Source: Babesia bigemina
Lineage: Eukaryota
DNA length: 64,000 nucleotides
Direction: 5' to 3'
Assembly (NCBI RefSeq): GCF_000981445.1
Contig: NC_027217.1
Location: forward strand, 1,426,001 to 1,490,000
Under the pieces are notes generated by a model. That model had not been told where the DNA came from and made no database searches. It saw only the letters and a program-made list of their open reading frames with translations. The translations under genes were made by a program, and so were the position numbers. Shown here piece by piece: positions 1 through 13,115 of this stretch; the stretch's first letter is position 1; each line of letters opens with the position of its first letter.

Positions 1-739
1 CATATTAGCCGACGTCGAGCAGCAGAAGCTACGTGAGAAACTGTTCGGAACAGACCTGGTGGAGCAGGCGGCCAAGACAACACCGATCCTCCTGCGTGGC
101 AAAAACAAGAAACGTCAGCTGCAGACCGACCCCGAAGCAAGCGACGCCAGTGACCACGAACCGGCGTACGAAAAGGTGGCAGTGGACCAATTTGGCCTCG
201 CCATGTTGCTGGGGATGGGATTCGACCCCAAGAAGAACACCAACAAGCCCAAGGAGTACAAGAGACGGGTATACGAAAGAGCCGGTTTAGGCGCGGACGC
301 GAGCATGAAGCAGAACATGGAAGCGCTCACGGATACCCGCGTGATGGCTAAGCTCAAAAAGGACCAGATGTACCACCAGTCGCACAGCCCACATGCGGGG
401 AGCACCTGGGTGCTCCCGGGGCTGCAGGTGCGCGTTGTCCAGCGTGACCACGCCAACTTCGGCAAGAAGGGCGTCGTCGGCAAAGTTAACGGCGTCGAGG
501 CTATTCTGGATGTGGGCGGGTTGCCAGTGACGGTGCCTGCGGCGTATTTGGAGACGGTGGTGGCGCAGGGCGCCACCAGGTGCAAGGTGGTCCGGCAAAT
601 CGCCAGGCACAACGAAAAGTTCTATGTGCCTATAGGCACCGTCGTCGACGTTGAGACAGTCACGAAAACGTACGCGAAGGTCCGATTCCGTGGACAGACC
701 TTCACAGTCTCGCTCGACGACATTTGCGAGTTCCAGTGA
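1..739 (+). CDS. G-patch + KOW spliceosomal protein (Spp2/MOS2/GPKOW-like), 5' truncated by window edge
   Basis: Frame is open from base 2 to TGA at 739. G-patch-like QFGLAMLLGMGFD...RAGLGA, followed by KOW-like WVLPGLQVRVV...GKKGVV. Confidence 0.75.
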   Translation, partial: ILADVEQQKLREKLFGTDLVEQAAKTTPILLRGKNKKRQLQTDPEASDASDHEPAYEKVAVDQFGLAMLLGMGFDPKKNTNKPKEYKRRVYERAGLGADASMKQNMEALTDTRVMAKLKKDQMYHQSHSPHAGSTWVLPGLQVRVVQRDHANFGKKGVVGKVNGVEAILDVGGLPVTVPAAYLETVVAQGATRCKVVRQIARHNEKFYVPIGTVVDVETVTKTYAKVRFRGQTFTVSLDDICEFQ

Positions 740-850
740 CCCGTGGGAAGAGCCTCACGCTACACATTTAGCAGCACAGACAGCCAATAGTAATGGCATA
801 TCGCAACTCTGTAGCCGAACGTAGCTGCTCTGGCCTTTGGCATATCTAGA

Positions 851-3517
851 ATGATTACCAGGAAGGCGATGTGCAGGCGCGCGTGGCGCGGTGGCTGCCA
901 CGCCTCCGCGCTAGCAACTCGGCGCTACAGCGGCCTGGCGAATTCCGTCAGCCTGGAAGTGGCGCGCGCCTGTAGCCTCTGGGCGAGGAGGGAGCCCAGG
1001 GTGGTGGCTGGCAAGAACTCGGCTGGCAGCGACATCATGCTCCTGGCTGCCAGACACCTCGGACTCCCGGATTCCGAGCAGCTATGGCGACTCTCACCGC
1101 AGTCCCGGCAGGGCAGGTTGCCCAGCGTGGTCAGCCATACGAAAATAGTCTACCAGGATGCCGTTGCCGGCGACCGCGACGGACAGCATAACGACATATG
1201 GCTGGGCCACGCAAGATACCGTAGCTACATTGCCCTCACGATGCACGGGCCCTCGGGAGTAGGCGGTTTGGACTGGTGGGCAGGCCTGGGTGACAAGGCT
1301 GCCACGTTGGAGGCAGGGGAGTGCGTTGATTCGTTAATGCGTAGCGACGCCACCAGCGGTGAAGGGGTCAACCATGCGGAGGGCGACCCAACGTCGCGCA
1401 CGGACACCACGATATTCGTGTATCCCTACTCCAGAAAAAGCTCGCAGCTAATCGTGGAGACGCTGAATAAGCATCGCAAGGGGCTGACGGAAACGGATAT
1501 ACGCAGCCTTATCTACCTATGCGGTTCCACCGGCAGCAGCAGGGCGCTGAGGTTCCTGGGCCAGCTGATACGCGAACAGTGCAGAGGTAAAGAAACTGCA
1601 AGCGCCATCCATCGCGTGGAGGAGCATGCGTGGCCCTGGATGAACCACGGCTCGATGGACAACGTTGCCCAGATAGGGGTACCCGTAGTGCTCGACGCAC
1701 TGGCCAGCGCCGCGATAATACAGTACACCTTCGAAAAGGAGAGTGCCGTTTTCGACTACATAGGCTCCCAGTTGCAGAAGCTCGATGCGAAGATAAAGGA
1801 GGAAGGCGCGGCCGTGGCTGACGAGGTCAAGGCACTGGACGAGGCGGTACTCAGCCGCGTGGTTAACCTGCTGGTGCTCAAGAGGAACCTGTCGCAGTTC
1901 AACAGCGACCACATCAGGGTATTCAGCGATTTCATCTGCGACCGGTTGCACCGAATTGACCCCAGAAGCGTCGCCAACATCGCCTTCTCTCTCGGGCACT
2001 CCAAGCACCTCGACGAGTTCTGGATGTTCATGATGGCGAAGCGCATACAAGATTCGCCGCACGAGTTCGGGCCCGACGAAGTTGCGGCGATCATGGATGC
2101 ATACAGCAACGCCTGTCTGGAGGACCACGAGTTCTACGCGACGCTCTGCAAGCAGGTCGCCGACAACTTCGAGCACCACAACTTGCAGCACCTCACCGTG
2201 ATCCTGAGGGCGCTGGCACGCGTGCGTGTGCGGGACGAGTGGCTGCTGGAAAACACGCTGAACCGGCTTCAGGCCCACCTGAAGGAACGGGAAAACCTAA
2301 GCGACGACAAGGGCACGGGCCGCGAGCTCGCCTACATGACGGCGAACTGCGTCGTTGCCGCTGGAGACCTTGGCTACGTTGGCAACTGCAATTTCGATGT
2401 CATGTGGAGGCTGCTCACCACCAGGATCAGGGATTCCTCGTTCGACATCTGCGCAATCAACTGGCTGCCGCTGGCCGCCATGACCTTCGCCAGCAGGACC
2501 ACGCTGCAGACGTTCATGCCCGTCTGGCTCAGGCACGTCCTCCACACCATACAGAAGCTGAGGTCGAAAACGTTCGTGCTCACGATACAGCGGAGGCACC
2601 ACCTTGTGCGGCACGTGTTCAGGCTGGGGATATTGCCTCCACAACTGCTCCCGAGACACGCCCAAAGCATCCTCGACGACATCTGCGACCGCGAATACGT
2701 AAGTTTTACATCTTAAATGCATGAATGTATGCGGAATATGTGATATGTTCTCGTGTGGCGGTGGAATCTGAGTGAGTGAGTGAGTGAGTGAGTGAGTGCC
2801 GGTGTGTTGCATGTGCCTCAATGCGCAATGGGTAGTTGGAACGGTCAGTGTCGTATGGGAATATTCGGCACCTCCGTACGCTGTATATCAGCTGCGCTGT
2901 GTTCATTGTGGCGGCGGTCATTAGTGCGCTACTCTGGTGCGCGATGCGTCACCCGTACCAGGAGTTCGTCGTGACTCCTCCGTGGTGAACGAATGCAAGA
3001 CGCCGTTCCCAGCTGACCAATGCAGGTGGACAAGCAGTGAAGGCGATGTGTGATACGTGCTTAACACTGGTGCGTAGCCAATGTGTTGGTTTGTTAACCG
3101 TTTTGGCGTCTCGCTGAATGCAACCGTCGGAACGAAGCCCCAAAATGCGCAGGTCACGGGGAAGGTGCCGGAGGAGTACGTCCCAGAGAGCTCCACGTTT
3201 CACCTGGAGGTATGCGCCTGTCTACGCGCCCTGGACGTGGCGCACCAGAGGGAAATCAATATCGTACCCTTCGTCATGGACATCGTCGTGCCGCCAAAGG
3301 TGAGAAACCACGCGAATGCGCAGACATATGCGCACAGAAAGAGTACAGCATCAAGCCGCCACAAATATGCGAAGCACACAGACTGTCTGACAAGGTCAGA
3401 AGCGGGCATACCGACGAACTCAGCGCCGCCGGGTTCAGACTCAAGTACACACGACACTCACCCAACCACCGCAAACGCAAGCAGGAAATCTACGTCTACG
3501 ACAAAAACGATGGATGA
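851..3517 (+). CDS. Helical-repeat/RAP-type organellar RNA-binding protein; exons ~851-2698, 3153-3299, 3338-3517
   Basis: Arg-rich N-terminus resembling a mitochondrial leader. Helical repeats (IDPRSVANIAFSLG, FGPDEVAAIMDAYS, NLQHLTVILRALARV). Strong donor TAC|gtaagt at 2698/9 joins in frame to cgcag|GTC at 3153, giving the RAP-like SSTFHLEVCACLRAL...EINIVPFVMDIVVP. Last exon is less certain. Confidence 0.65.
2769..2798. repeat. (TGAG)n tetranucleotide microsatellite, about 7.5 units
   Basis: tgagtgagtgagtgagtgagtgagtgagtg read directly; it lies inside the inferred 454-nt intron. Confidence 0.95.
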
Positions 3518-3923
3518 AATCGAATCGTATCGCAACAGGCACCATCAGGCCTACCTCGCGCGCAAAAGCGCCGACGAGAAGGCCCAGGCACGCGAGACGC
3601 ATAGCCAGCGCCCCGCGCCAGCTGCAGACTGCGGAATCACGCCGCCAGCGCAACAGCCGCATCAGACGGTGGGCTACGGCGAGCAACCTGTCGTCAAGGG
3701 CGAGATTCCGCAAGGTTACGACTACATGGATTACGAGGGGGACCCAATGTACGAGTCGTCCGTGGCTCTCGCGCGCCGACTCCAGGAGGAGCTCAACGGG
3801 CCGCAGCCGCAGCGAGATGAGGTGCGGCCGCCGGACTCAGTCTACCAGGAGCGCATGATCAGTTCGGAAAACGAGGATGACGATCTGCAGGCAGCCATCG
3901 CAAAATCGCTCATCGACATGTAG
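3510..3923 (+). CDS. Small protein with C-terminal ubiquitin-interacting motif (UIM)
   Basis: ATG at 3510 (MDEIESY), 137 aa. Contains SSVALARRLQEE and terminal EDDDLQAAIAKSL, which fits the UIM consensus. Confidence 0.65.
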   Translation: MDEIESYRNRHHQAYLARKSADEKAQARETHSQRPAPAADCGITPPAQQPHQTVGYGEQPVVKGEIPQGYDYMDYEGDPMYESSVALARRLQEELNGPQPQRDEVRPPDSVYQERMISSENEDDDLQAAIAKSLIDM

Positions 3924-4092
3924 CCACCACGGCGTCGACAGGCACGGACACACATGCATCCTACAGTATTAGCTGGTGTAGTTGCGGTCGGCGCGGAATT
4001 TTTCTCGCGCCGAGCGGCCTGACGCGTAGAACATGTACGCAACACTGTCTGAATGCTACACTTACCCTCCACGTACTTCTCGCGCACTTACG

Positions 4093-7010
4093 CTAAAAGA
4101 ACGGCGGGTAGATGATCCCGGGGGACGAAAGCAGGCCGTGCTCGCAGATGTACGCGTCGAGGTTGGCAGGGGTGATGAACCGACTCCTGTACTCCGACGA
4201 CAGCGCGAACGTCTCGCCGGGGGCCTGGTAGTCGAAGCTGATGGAGTTGGCCATGCGCAGCATCACGTATTGGATCTCGTACTTGCGGAACATCATCACG
4301 CGCATCGCCTGGCAGCAAATTATGTACATGAGCCGGAGCAGCAGGTCGACCAGGATGATCACCACCTCGGTCTTGGTCGGAGAGAAGGAGCAGCACAGCG
4401 AACGGAACAGGATGCTGGACGAGAAGTAGTTCCACTGCGACTCCAGCAGCAGGTCGCAGACGGTGGTGTTCTTTAGCAGGTCGTTGCAGAACAGCGTGTG
4501 GTTCAGGCTCACGGGGCACATGCCGTGCTTGCACAACACGTAGATCAGACGCACCGTATTCAATTTATTCCGCAGCACTTCCACCAGCAGCGTCATGAGC
4601 ACGCACAGCGGCCACTGTAGCAGCGCGTAGATCTCCATGGCGTAGACCACGCTGTTCGGCGTCTTCACGAAGCCGCGCAGGCAGCACACGCACGTCACGT
4701 AGCTGCAGAGGTTCACGGCCTCCTGCACCCACAGGCACAGGCAGCCGAACCACCCGCACCGCTGCAGCCGGTAGAACAGCGCGCTCTGAATCAGCGGGGC
4801 GAACACCACCACGCCGTACAGTACCATCTCGTAGCGCGACGCAGTCGTCACCTCGCGGCCGAAGAGGAACCGAGGCGACCGGACGCTGAAATACGAGTTG
4901 TAGCAGCAGATCACGATGATGGCCCGCGAAAGCAGCGCGACCGCAATCGCAGCCAGCATCCGCGCAAACTCAAACGAGCGCTCGAACAGCAGCAGCTCCG
5001 ACGACTCCATGTCGAAGCTTGGCTCGGCCTTGAACAGGCGCCATAGCGCATCACAGCACTTGCGATATATCATGGAGAACCCCAACGTGGTCACCGGTAG
5101 CGTGCGCTGGTGGTTCAACATCCGGACGAGCAGGTCGCGGCGCTCGTTCTCCACGTTCTTCTCGGACAACACCGCGTCGGACACCGAGGTGGTCTCGGCC
5201 TCGAAAGTGGACGACCAATCATCGTAGTTGCTCTCCGACTCAACCTGCGACTTGAAACGCAGCATCGTAGGGGCGTGCTCGCCGCGCGGGCTGCTCTCGT
5301 CCAGGCTCTCCTGGGAAGGCTCGGGTTTGGGAGGCAGCGTGGTCTTCATGGGCTTCAGCTGGCGGGCGGAGGAGTTCTTGCGCAGCATGAAGCTGCCGAT
5401 CCGGTTCAGCATGCTCCGCGTGTGGCTACGCAGGTTGCTCATGAGGGAGGTCTTGCCGCGCTTCATCATACGGTCGGTAAACTTCCGCGAAAACTGGCGC
5501 TCGTTTTCGGAGTCGCTGGACTCCTCCAGGAGCTTCAGATCGTCGTGGATCAAGCGTTTGGTGGCGGGGTCGTTGGGCAGCGGCGCGGCCTCGAAAAAGG
5601 CGCTCTGCCACCCCTTGGCGCTGTCGCGTTCCGCCAGCTGGCTCAGCGCAAGGCGGTACGGCCGCATGACCATGCCCAACAGGTTCTTGTAGATCATAAT
5701 GGATAGTACGTTCTCCTGCAGCAGGTGCAGCAGCCTGTAGATGAAAAACGGAACGTCGATAAGGCAAAACCCAATCAGAAACGTGAACTTCGCGATGGTG
5801 AACATATCGAGGTACTGGCCCTTCAGCGCCGGGCTCATCTTCATCACATGAGGTTTGACCGAGCCCTGCGCCTCCACGCTGTCGGGATCACCGTCATCGA
5901 CACGCTTCTCATTGTTGCGGCGTCGGCAGCAGCACAGGCGGTCCACCAGTTTGGACCAGAACAGCCGGCGTCGCTCCAGGTCGCCACTGCCCACGTCCAA
6001 GTCGCTGTCAACGGTGGGAGCGACGAATCCCAGCAGGAAGATGCTGCAGACGCACAAAACGGCGTACGCGGTATAGTTGCGGCTTTCGGGCGATACTACC
6101 GACGAACTCTTGGCATAGGCGTACACGCTGCGATAGCGCCCTGAAGCAATGGTACGGACGCTCGCGGGAAACTCACGAAGCAGGTGATCCAGCATGCTGA
6201 CCACGTCCCACATGTCGACGAAGGTAGCCAGGGCGAGGTCGGAGTGAAGCAACTCGTCGACGTTCACATTGCCCTTCTGACGATTGAACAGGAACAGGTT
6301 TGACATCCTGTTGAACAGGATGTACATTATAGGGGTCAGGTAAAACCCGATGAATGCCAAGTAGTTCTCTGCAATTGATTCAAGCAAAGGTTCAACGGGC
6401 GGAAAGGATGCAGAAGTTGGGAGTGCCCATTCCCGACAGGCAGCATGCAAGAGCGTTCACGAATCACGGAGACAAAAAAGTGGATAATTCAAGAATCACG
6501 TCAAGGAGCTATTCGCCACTATGCACGGCAGTTTCGAGTCCCCGACATGCAGACTGTAACAACGGAACACCTTACTGAACTGTCCACCAAATGCCAACCA
6601 CGGCAAATGCAAATGCGACGTACCTGCAGCGAAGCGGTTGGAGGCTTCGAAGGCAGATGAAGCGCCTTCATGGGAGACGAAAAGGAGTATACAAAGCTTT
6701 ATCAAAGTGCTGGTGCAGCACAGACGCCACTGAATTGCCACGCATGTCGCCGAGTGGCCGCGGGCAGATACCGTACCGAGCAATAGGTAGAGCACTGCAG
6801 TCTATATACATCGTGCAGCGTGCACTACTCACCTATAAACGCGTCCAAAATCAGCACGTACAGGATACGACGCTCGTTGCGGATGTAGTAGACAGGGTAG
6901 TACAGGATAACTTGCTGAAGTGCGAAAAACAGCAGCAGGATCAAATATTGGATACAGATGTTGCGATATCTCTGGTTAGAGTCGTTCGAGCGGCTGTACT
7001 GCGGCGGCAT
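4093..7010 (-). CDS. Multi-pass membrane protein with CECR6/TMEM121-like domain, multi-exon
   Basis: 785-aa ORF plus upstream hydrophobic exons (ATG 7010 MPPQYSR; donor ag|gtgagt ~6831). Motifs FVDMWDVVSML, LIDVPFFIYRL and MIYKNLL resemble TMEM121. Confidence 0.6.
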
Positions 7011-7227
7011 GGCGCGCTTTCTGTACATCTTGTCCTAATGTGTAAGCCGCCGCCAAGGTACGCACGCGGCTACACACGCAGAATAATACAACCCAAAAGT
7101 CGCAACAGCCATGTCTGATGCGTAAAGTGCGCGAAGGAAGTGCTGTCGACGGATTGGTAGGCGCCGTTCACCGACGTTAGGCCCAACCACTCGGGGCGAC
7201 GTGGCGGAGGAGACTCAGATCATAACG

Positions 7228-9749
7228 ATGCTGCGCCAGCTGAGTCTGACGAACGCCGTCAAAAACGTCGGAAGACGATGGAACGCGCGCAATAAATTGC
7301 TTAGGATGTATGGAAACCCATGCCAGGGCTGCAAATGTTTCGGCTCGCAGGCGACAACGCCCTGCGCGCCAAAGCCTACGCAGGCTGCAGCGGCGCCCGA
7401 GTTCGATCTGAGATTCGTGGACCCGCTGAAGAAGGCTGGATGTTCGGAGGGATATGAATTCGAGAGGCTGGACGACCTCAGCAGCCTCATCAAGGTTGTA
7501 GACTCGTCCGTGCCCTCGATTACCGACGCGACACCCGTAAAGATGCTGACGATACCTCCACGAGTGATCGAGGAGCTTACGGAGCGGGCGTTTGTCGAGA
7601 TTATGCATTTTCTGAGGGCGGATCACCTCAAGCAACTGCGGGGAATCCTGGATGACGCAGAGGCCAGCAATAACGATAGATTCGTTGCCATGCAGCTGCT
7701 CAAAAACGCATGCGTCGCATCGGGAGGGTACGTCAAAGTGCTCCTAAGCTATATCAGTTCAGGGTACTGCCAGGGTGCCAGGACACTGGCACCGCCATTG
7801 TAATCGGCAAGCGGGGCAACCGTGTATTCACCGAGGGCGACGAAGCCGCTATCGCCAAAGGGGTATACAACGCATACGTCCAGCGGAAGTTCAGGTACGC
7901 GCAGTAACAGCAGTCTAGCGAGCGCACTGTGTGAGAACATGCGACAACTGACGACTTCAACTCCGCATGAGCAACCGTTTCCACGGGCTTGGTGCGGGTT
8001 GCGTGCTAGCAACAACCTATGCGCAACATTGTGACCGTTTGCATCCCCTATACCGTTCACGAATGTTCATTGCAGTCAACATCTGTTCCGCGAAAAACTT
8101 TCCAAAAGCCCCGCAGGTACAGCCAAATGTCGCCTCTCAGCATGTTTGAGGAGGTCAGCACGAAATGCAACTTACCGGCACAAATCGAATTGTACGCGAA
8201 GGAAGGGGATGCTTACAATTTCCTGTTCATCGCCAAGGGTGGTGGATCAGCGAACAAGACCTTCTTGTACCAGCAGACAAAGGTGAGCGCTATCATTAAA
8301 TCGGTTGCCTCCGCGTCACGGTAGTAACGTGAGGTGAACGCTTAATATTGTCGACGTGAGATTCATTTGTTGGTCGATGTATTAGCGTATGTGCATTTTT
8401 AAACAGCTAGAATCCTCACGTGTCATTGGGTTGTAGGCGGTGCTGAATCCGGACGTGCTGCTAAACTTCTTGGTGGACCAGATCAAAACCATCGGAACAT
8501 CAGCCTGTCCGCCGTATCATCTGGCTGTGGTAATCGGAGGGCTCTCGGCGGAAATGACGCTGAAGACAGTGAAGCTTGCCAGCTGCAAGTACCTGGATGG
8601 GCTGCCCAAGGAGGGTGGCAGCTTCGGCCAAGCCTTTAGAGACGTCAAGCTGGAGAGCGAAATACTGGATATGACGCGGAATCTAGGTATAGGTGCGCAA
8701 TTCGGTGGAAAGTACTTCTGCCATGACGTCAGGGTCGTACGACTGCCGCGACATGGAGCGTCATGTCCCATCGGTAGGCCCCTTGTGTTTAGAACGCACA
8801 TCTGTTGTCCAGGAATTGGGGTGTCCTGCTCGGCTGATCGGCAGATAATGGCCAAAATTGATGCTTCCGGCGTCTACCTGGAAAAACTGGAACATGACCC
8901 AGCACGCTTCCTGCCAGCCATCGAGGAAGCCAATGGCGCAGAAGAGGTCATTGTGAACCTGGATGCGGGAATGGATAAGGTGCTTGAGCAGATCAGAAAG
9001 TACCCAACGAAGCAGCGGTTGCTGTTGAACGGAACTATGATAGTGGCCAGGGACATCGCACATGCCAGGCTCAGCCAGATACTGAAGGAAACGGGAGATC
9101 TGCCGGACTACGCCAAGCAGTACCCGATATACTACGCAGGTGGGTTGCTTTTGTTTACTAATGGTGAACGTGATCGCTGTCGCACGATTCCGCCATCCGG
9201 CACAAGCGCGGTGGCGTAGTCGTCTGGCCACGTGATGCAACCACGTAGTTCGTGCCTCGATACCGGTTATGACCTTTCGGAATGCCGAACATGAGGGGTG
9301 TTGTGTGCATGCGTCGATTCCTATTCTCGTTGTGCCGTTCGTGTAGTGCTGCGCTTTGCCAGCTGCACTAGGGTTGGTCACCAAAGCACGCAGGACCGGC
9401 CAAGCGACCTGACGGATTAGTGAGTGGCTCGTTTGGGCCTACCACTGCGGGGAGGATGGACAGCTACGCGGCCATGTTCATGGAGAAGCAGGCGTCGCTC
9501 ATAACACTGGCCAAGGGCAACCGGTCACGCGCATTCGCCAACGCCTGCAAAAAGTACGGAGGGGTCTACCTCGGATCGGTAGGAGGGCCCGCGGCGCTCA
9601 TAGCCAAGGACTGCATAACCAGCGTCGAGGTCATTGATTTCCCCGAGCTGGGCATGGAAGCGGTGCACAAAATCACCGTCAAAAACTTCCCAGCCTTTGT
9701 GGTCGTCGACGCGCAGGGAAACGACTTCTACAAAGAGTGGTGTGGATGA
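7228..9749 (+). CDS. FH: Class I (Fe-S) fumarate hydratase, mitochondrial; 6 exons
   Basis: Motifs [68 protein letters not shown] introns at ~7728-7762, 7895-8116, 8283-8436, 8774-8812, 9139-9393. Confidence 0.95.
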
Positions 9750-9855
9750 ACACATTTTAATTTATAGCGCACTCTAGCTACGTGGCGCATTGCCGCCGCG
9801 AATCCCCAGATGGGAAGGAGCGCGGCAGCATACGCGTCGCCCAGTCGCAGAAACC

Positions 9856-11776
9856 ATGACGTTCATGCTCGAGCGAATCCGGGCCTCCCAGGAGGAGCTC
9901 GAGTACCTGGAAAAGGCAATCAGCGTGCTCATGAACGATAGAAGGAGGGCGTCTGGGATCAGACTCGCAACCATAGAACGCGCCATCAAGCAGCTCGTGG
10001 AACAATCGCAGAGCATCGCTCAAAAGTGCATAGCGTACTACAAGGATGAGGATGGACTGAGGAAGGAGGAAATCCGGTACCTTGCAGGTTAGTCGCACCC
10101 GCACATCAACAGTTGTCTACACGCTCAACTGCTCGCCACGGGCAGAATTGCGATGGACACGCTTTATAGGAGTGCTTGGCAATTATTAGAGGTCATGATG
10201 ACGTGGTGTATGCAAAAGTTGCTGTACTGTATGTCGCGAATACCTCCATCCGTGTATTGGCGTTGTGGTTGGAATCCTGAGCTGGAAGGGCGGTGGCTGT
10301 CAGTTCGCTTGAAATGAGCAGTGTATGCAAAATGCGTGGCATATCTGTGCTATTCGTAAATGTTGTGGTTGTAAGAGCAATAGCGACGTTGTTAACACTA
10401 ACGCAGGGCAGCAAGAAGGCGGCAGGGCCGCTGCTTCCAAGGACGACGACGGACAGCTGTGGACAAACTTCTACAGCAACCTCAAAAAGATAAAGGACTA
10501 CTACAAGCGCAATGAGGGTCTCAACGTGCCCGTGGAGCCGCAGACGGTGAACAACGTCATTAATGACGCCATGTCGAAGGTGAACGTGGACCTGGAGTTC
10601 ACCCCGGATGAGAATTACGGAAAGTGCGTTGACCTGCAGGAGCACTACAGACGATTCGTTAACCTCCAGGAGCTGCGAAACTATAGGGCGAAGCAGCACC
10701 AGCAGCAGGAAGTGTTCAGGCTGAACAAAAAGTCCATTCCAGAAAGCGAATTGGAAGCCAACATCCTGCCCTTTAACGAAATCGACTACGTCACGTATCT
10801 CAACCAATTCGACAAATTCGCGGAAATACCCAGGTACTGCAAATACAGGGTTAAGGAGTACTACGATTACCTGGAGAAGCTGATGGACTACCTGGTGGGA
10901 TTCTTCCAGCGCCAGAACCCGCTGGCCACCACCGACTCCCTGAAGAAGTCATACCAGGACAGCTTCGAGGCGGAGTGGATCGCAGACAGAGCGGCGCATT
11001 GGAAGGACCACACGGAGCAAATGGAGCTCTACCTGAAACCGGTGGACCGGCTATTCGCCTCCAAGGGGGTTTTCCAGTCATTCCAAAACGGAAAAAAATA
11101 CAAAAAAATCGCCGAGGCGTTCTCCAAAAAAACCTCGCAAGAAATGGAGGAACACTCAAAGGCGAGCAGGGATCATGACAAGTCGCTTGCTTACATGGAA
11201 TACATGATTCAGCACTACAAGGAGTTCATGACCAGCACCATACAAAAGACCATCGAGTTCATCGAAAAGCGGGAGTCACGTACCAGCAGGGAGCTGGAAG
11301 CATCGCAGAGCCTCGCGCTGCAGATACTCGAGTCGGTCGGAACCGACAAGCAGCTGGACATTGACGATGTCTCAAGCGGCGAAGAGGAGGAACAGCCCAT
11401 ATACAACCCGCTCAACCTCCCGCTCGGGTGGGATGGCAAGCCCATTCCCTTCTGGCTCTACAAGCTGCACGGCCTGGGGCAGGAGTTCAAGTGCGAAATA
11501 TGCGGGAATTACTCGTACTGGGGGCGGAAGGCCTTTGAAAACCACTTCCAGGAGTGGCGGCACTCTTTCGGAATGAGGTGCCTGAAGATACCCAACACGC
11601 CGCACTTCAAGGAGATCACGAAAATCGAAGACGCGTTCGCCCTCTACGAAAAGCTCAGGAACCAGAACGAGAAAAACACGTTCAAGGTGGCGCAGGAAGT
11701 GGAGTGCGAGGACTCAGAGGGGAACGTCATGAACGCCAGAGCGTACGAGGACTTGCGCAGGCAGGGGCTGCTGTAA
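9856..11776 (+). CDS. SF3A3: Splicing factor 3A subunit 3 (Prp9/SF3a60); 2 exons
   Basis: Exon 1 [14 protein letters not shown]...[13 protein letters not shown]. Exon 2 has [25 protein letters not shown], zinc finger [19 protein letters not shown] and terminal [10 protein letters not shown]. Confidence 0.95.
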
Positions 11777-11936
11777 GGTCACACGGTACAATAATGTTTG
11801 CATACTGAAGGACGTGGGCACGAAAGCCGTCAGCGCTATAGCTGTGTACTAAATTGAAACGCCTTTGGGCTGCTACGAACCCACTGCGTTGCGATTTTTT
11901 AGACTGTAGTGGGTGCGTGGTCGAATACGGGCATGC

Positions 11937-13115
11937 TCATTTGGAAAACGGAGGGCTGCTCCAGATGCCCAATAGCTTCTTGTCACCCGGAGTGGTGAGG
12001 AATTTGGCGGCGCGTATCGCCGTCAAAATGCTGACAGCATCCAGCTTGGCGAAATCGCCGTCCTCGACCACGGCGAGGATACGCCGCAGTAAATCAGCGG
12101 CGAAGCTTGCAGAGACCGTTTGCAGCGCCGTCTGCTGCGTAGCGTGAATCAGACTCACGAAATTAGAGGACTTCGAGAAGTTGTAGAAGTATTCGTGAAG
12201 CTGGTACACGTGAATCTGCCGAGGGATCGACAGCACAACGCCTTGCTTCTTGCATGCACTCCGGAACTGCTCGAGCCTGCGCACGGCAACGGGGTGGCCA
12301 GAATCCAAATCGCGCAACAAGTTGAACAGGTAGTAGGTTATGTGCGATGAGTCGCTGCTTCCGGTGGTTACAGCGGGTCCTGCGGAATCTTTGCGGGCCG
12401 CCGGTGAACGGTCGAGCATATACTCGACAATCTGTGTGCCAACACACTTCTTCGCAGACCCGTCCACCGCGGTATGCTGGTCGCAAAACTCTAGAATGTT
12501 TCGAATCACGTCGTTAGTGTACACTATCTGCCCATTCGACTCCTCGTTCGTGAACTTGTCCGCACTGCTGGCCGTGCACCGCACGCAATCTCTGATGACA
12601 TCCTTGGTCCACTCAGTGAGCGCTTGCAAAATTATCAAGTTGTCATAGTGATCGCTGACGTCACGGCCACTTTGTTTCTTCACCGCCACGATGAAGTCGG
12701 CGATGTTGGTCGCCCTGCGACGAGCCTCAGTGGCGTACTTCATGGCGATGACGCCCTCCTTGAAGCGGTGGACCTTCAGGCGGATCCCAGTGTCCCTCTT
12801 CGTGGGCACGCCCTCACCGGACTTCTCCAGGCGCTTCAGAAACTGCGCCTCCGTCTTACGGTAGGACTCGAAATTGCTTCGCGAGTGGCGATCCAACGCG
12901 TAAAAGATGCGGCGCTCCAGAGAACGCCATTCATCCAAACGCTGGGTCATCTCCTCCGACGGACGCTGCAGCTCATAGTAGTCGGAAGCCACGAGAGCTG
13001 ACAACGTGTCAACCTCGCGCAGGTAGAGGCACAGGGCGCTGTAGGTGCTGGAGATGGAACGAAGTTGGTCCCTCAGCTCCACCAACCTCGCCTTCAAATC
13101 CGAAGCCTGCGACAT
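11937..13115 (-). CDS. Hypothetical protein (392 aa, helical/coiled-coil)
   Basis: Long ATG-initiated ORF with coding-like codon use; no recognised motif. Confidence 0.7.
   Translation of the reverse strand: MSQASDLKARLVELRDQLRSISSTYSALCLYLREVDTLSALVASDYYELQRPSEEMTQRLDEWRSLERRIFYALDRHSRSNFESYRKTEAQFLKRLEKSGEGVPTKRDTGIRLKVHRFKEGVIAMKYATEARRRATNIADFIVAVKKQSGRDVSDHYDNLIILQALTEWTKDVIRDCVRCTASSADKFTNEESNGQIVYTNDVIRNILEFCDQHTAVDGSAKKCVGTQIVEYMLDRSPAARKDSAGPAVTTGSSDSSHITYYLFNLLRDLDSGHPVAVRRLEQFRSACKKQGVVLSIPRQIHVYQLHEYFYNFSKSSNFVSLIHATQQTALQTVSASFAADLLRRILAVVEDGDFAKLDAVSILTAIRAAKFLTTPGDKKLLGIWSSPPFSK

Noticed and set aside
2921..3457. Hydrophobic minus-strand ORFs
   Set aside because: Better explained as antisense to the plus-strand RAP exons and intron.
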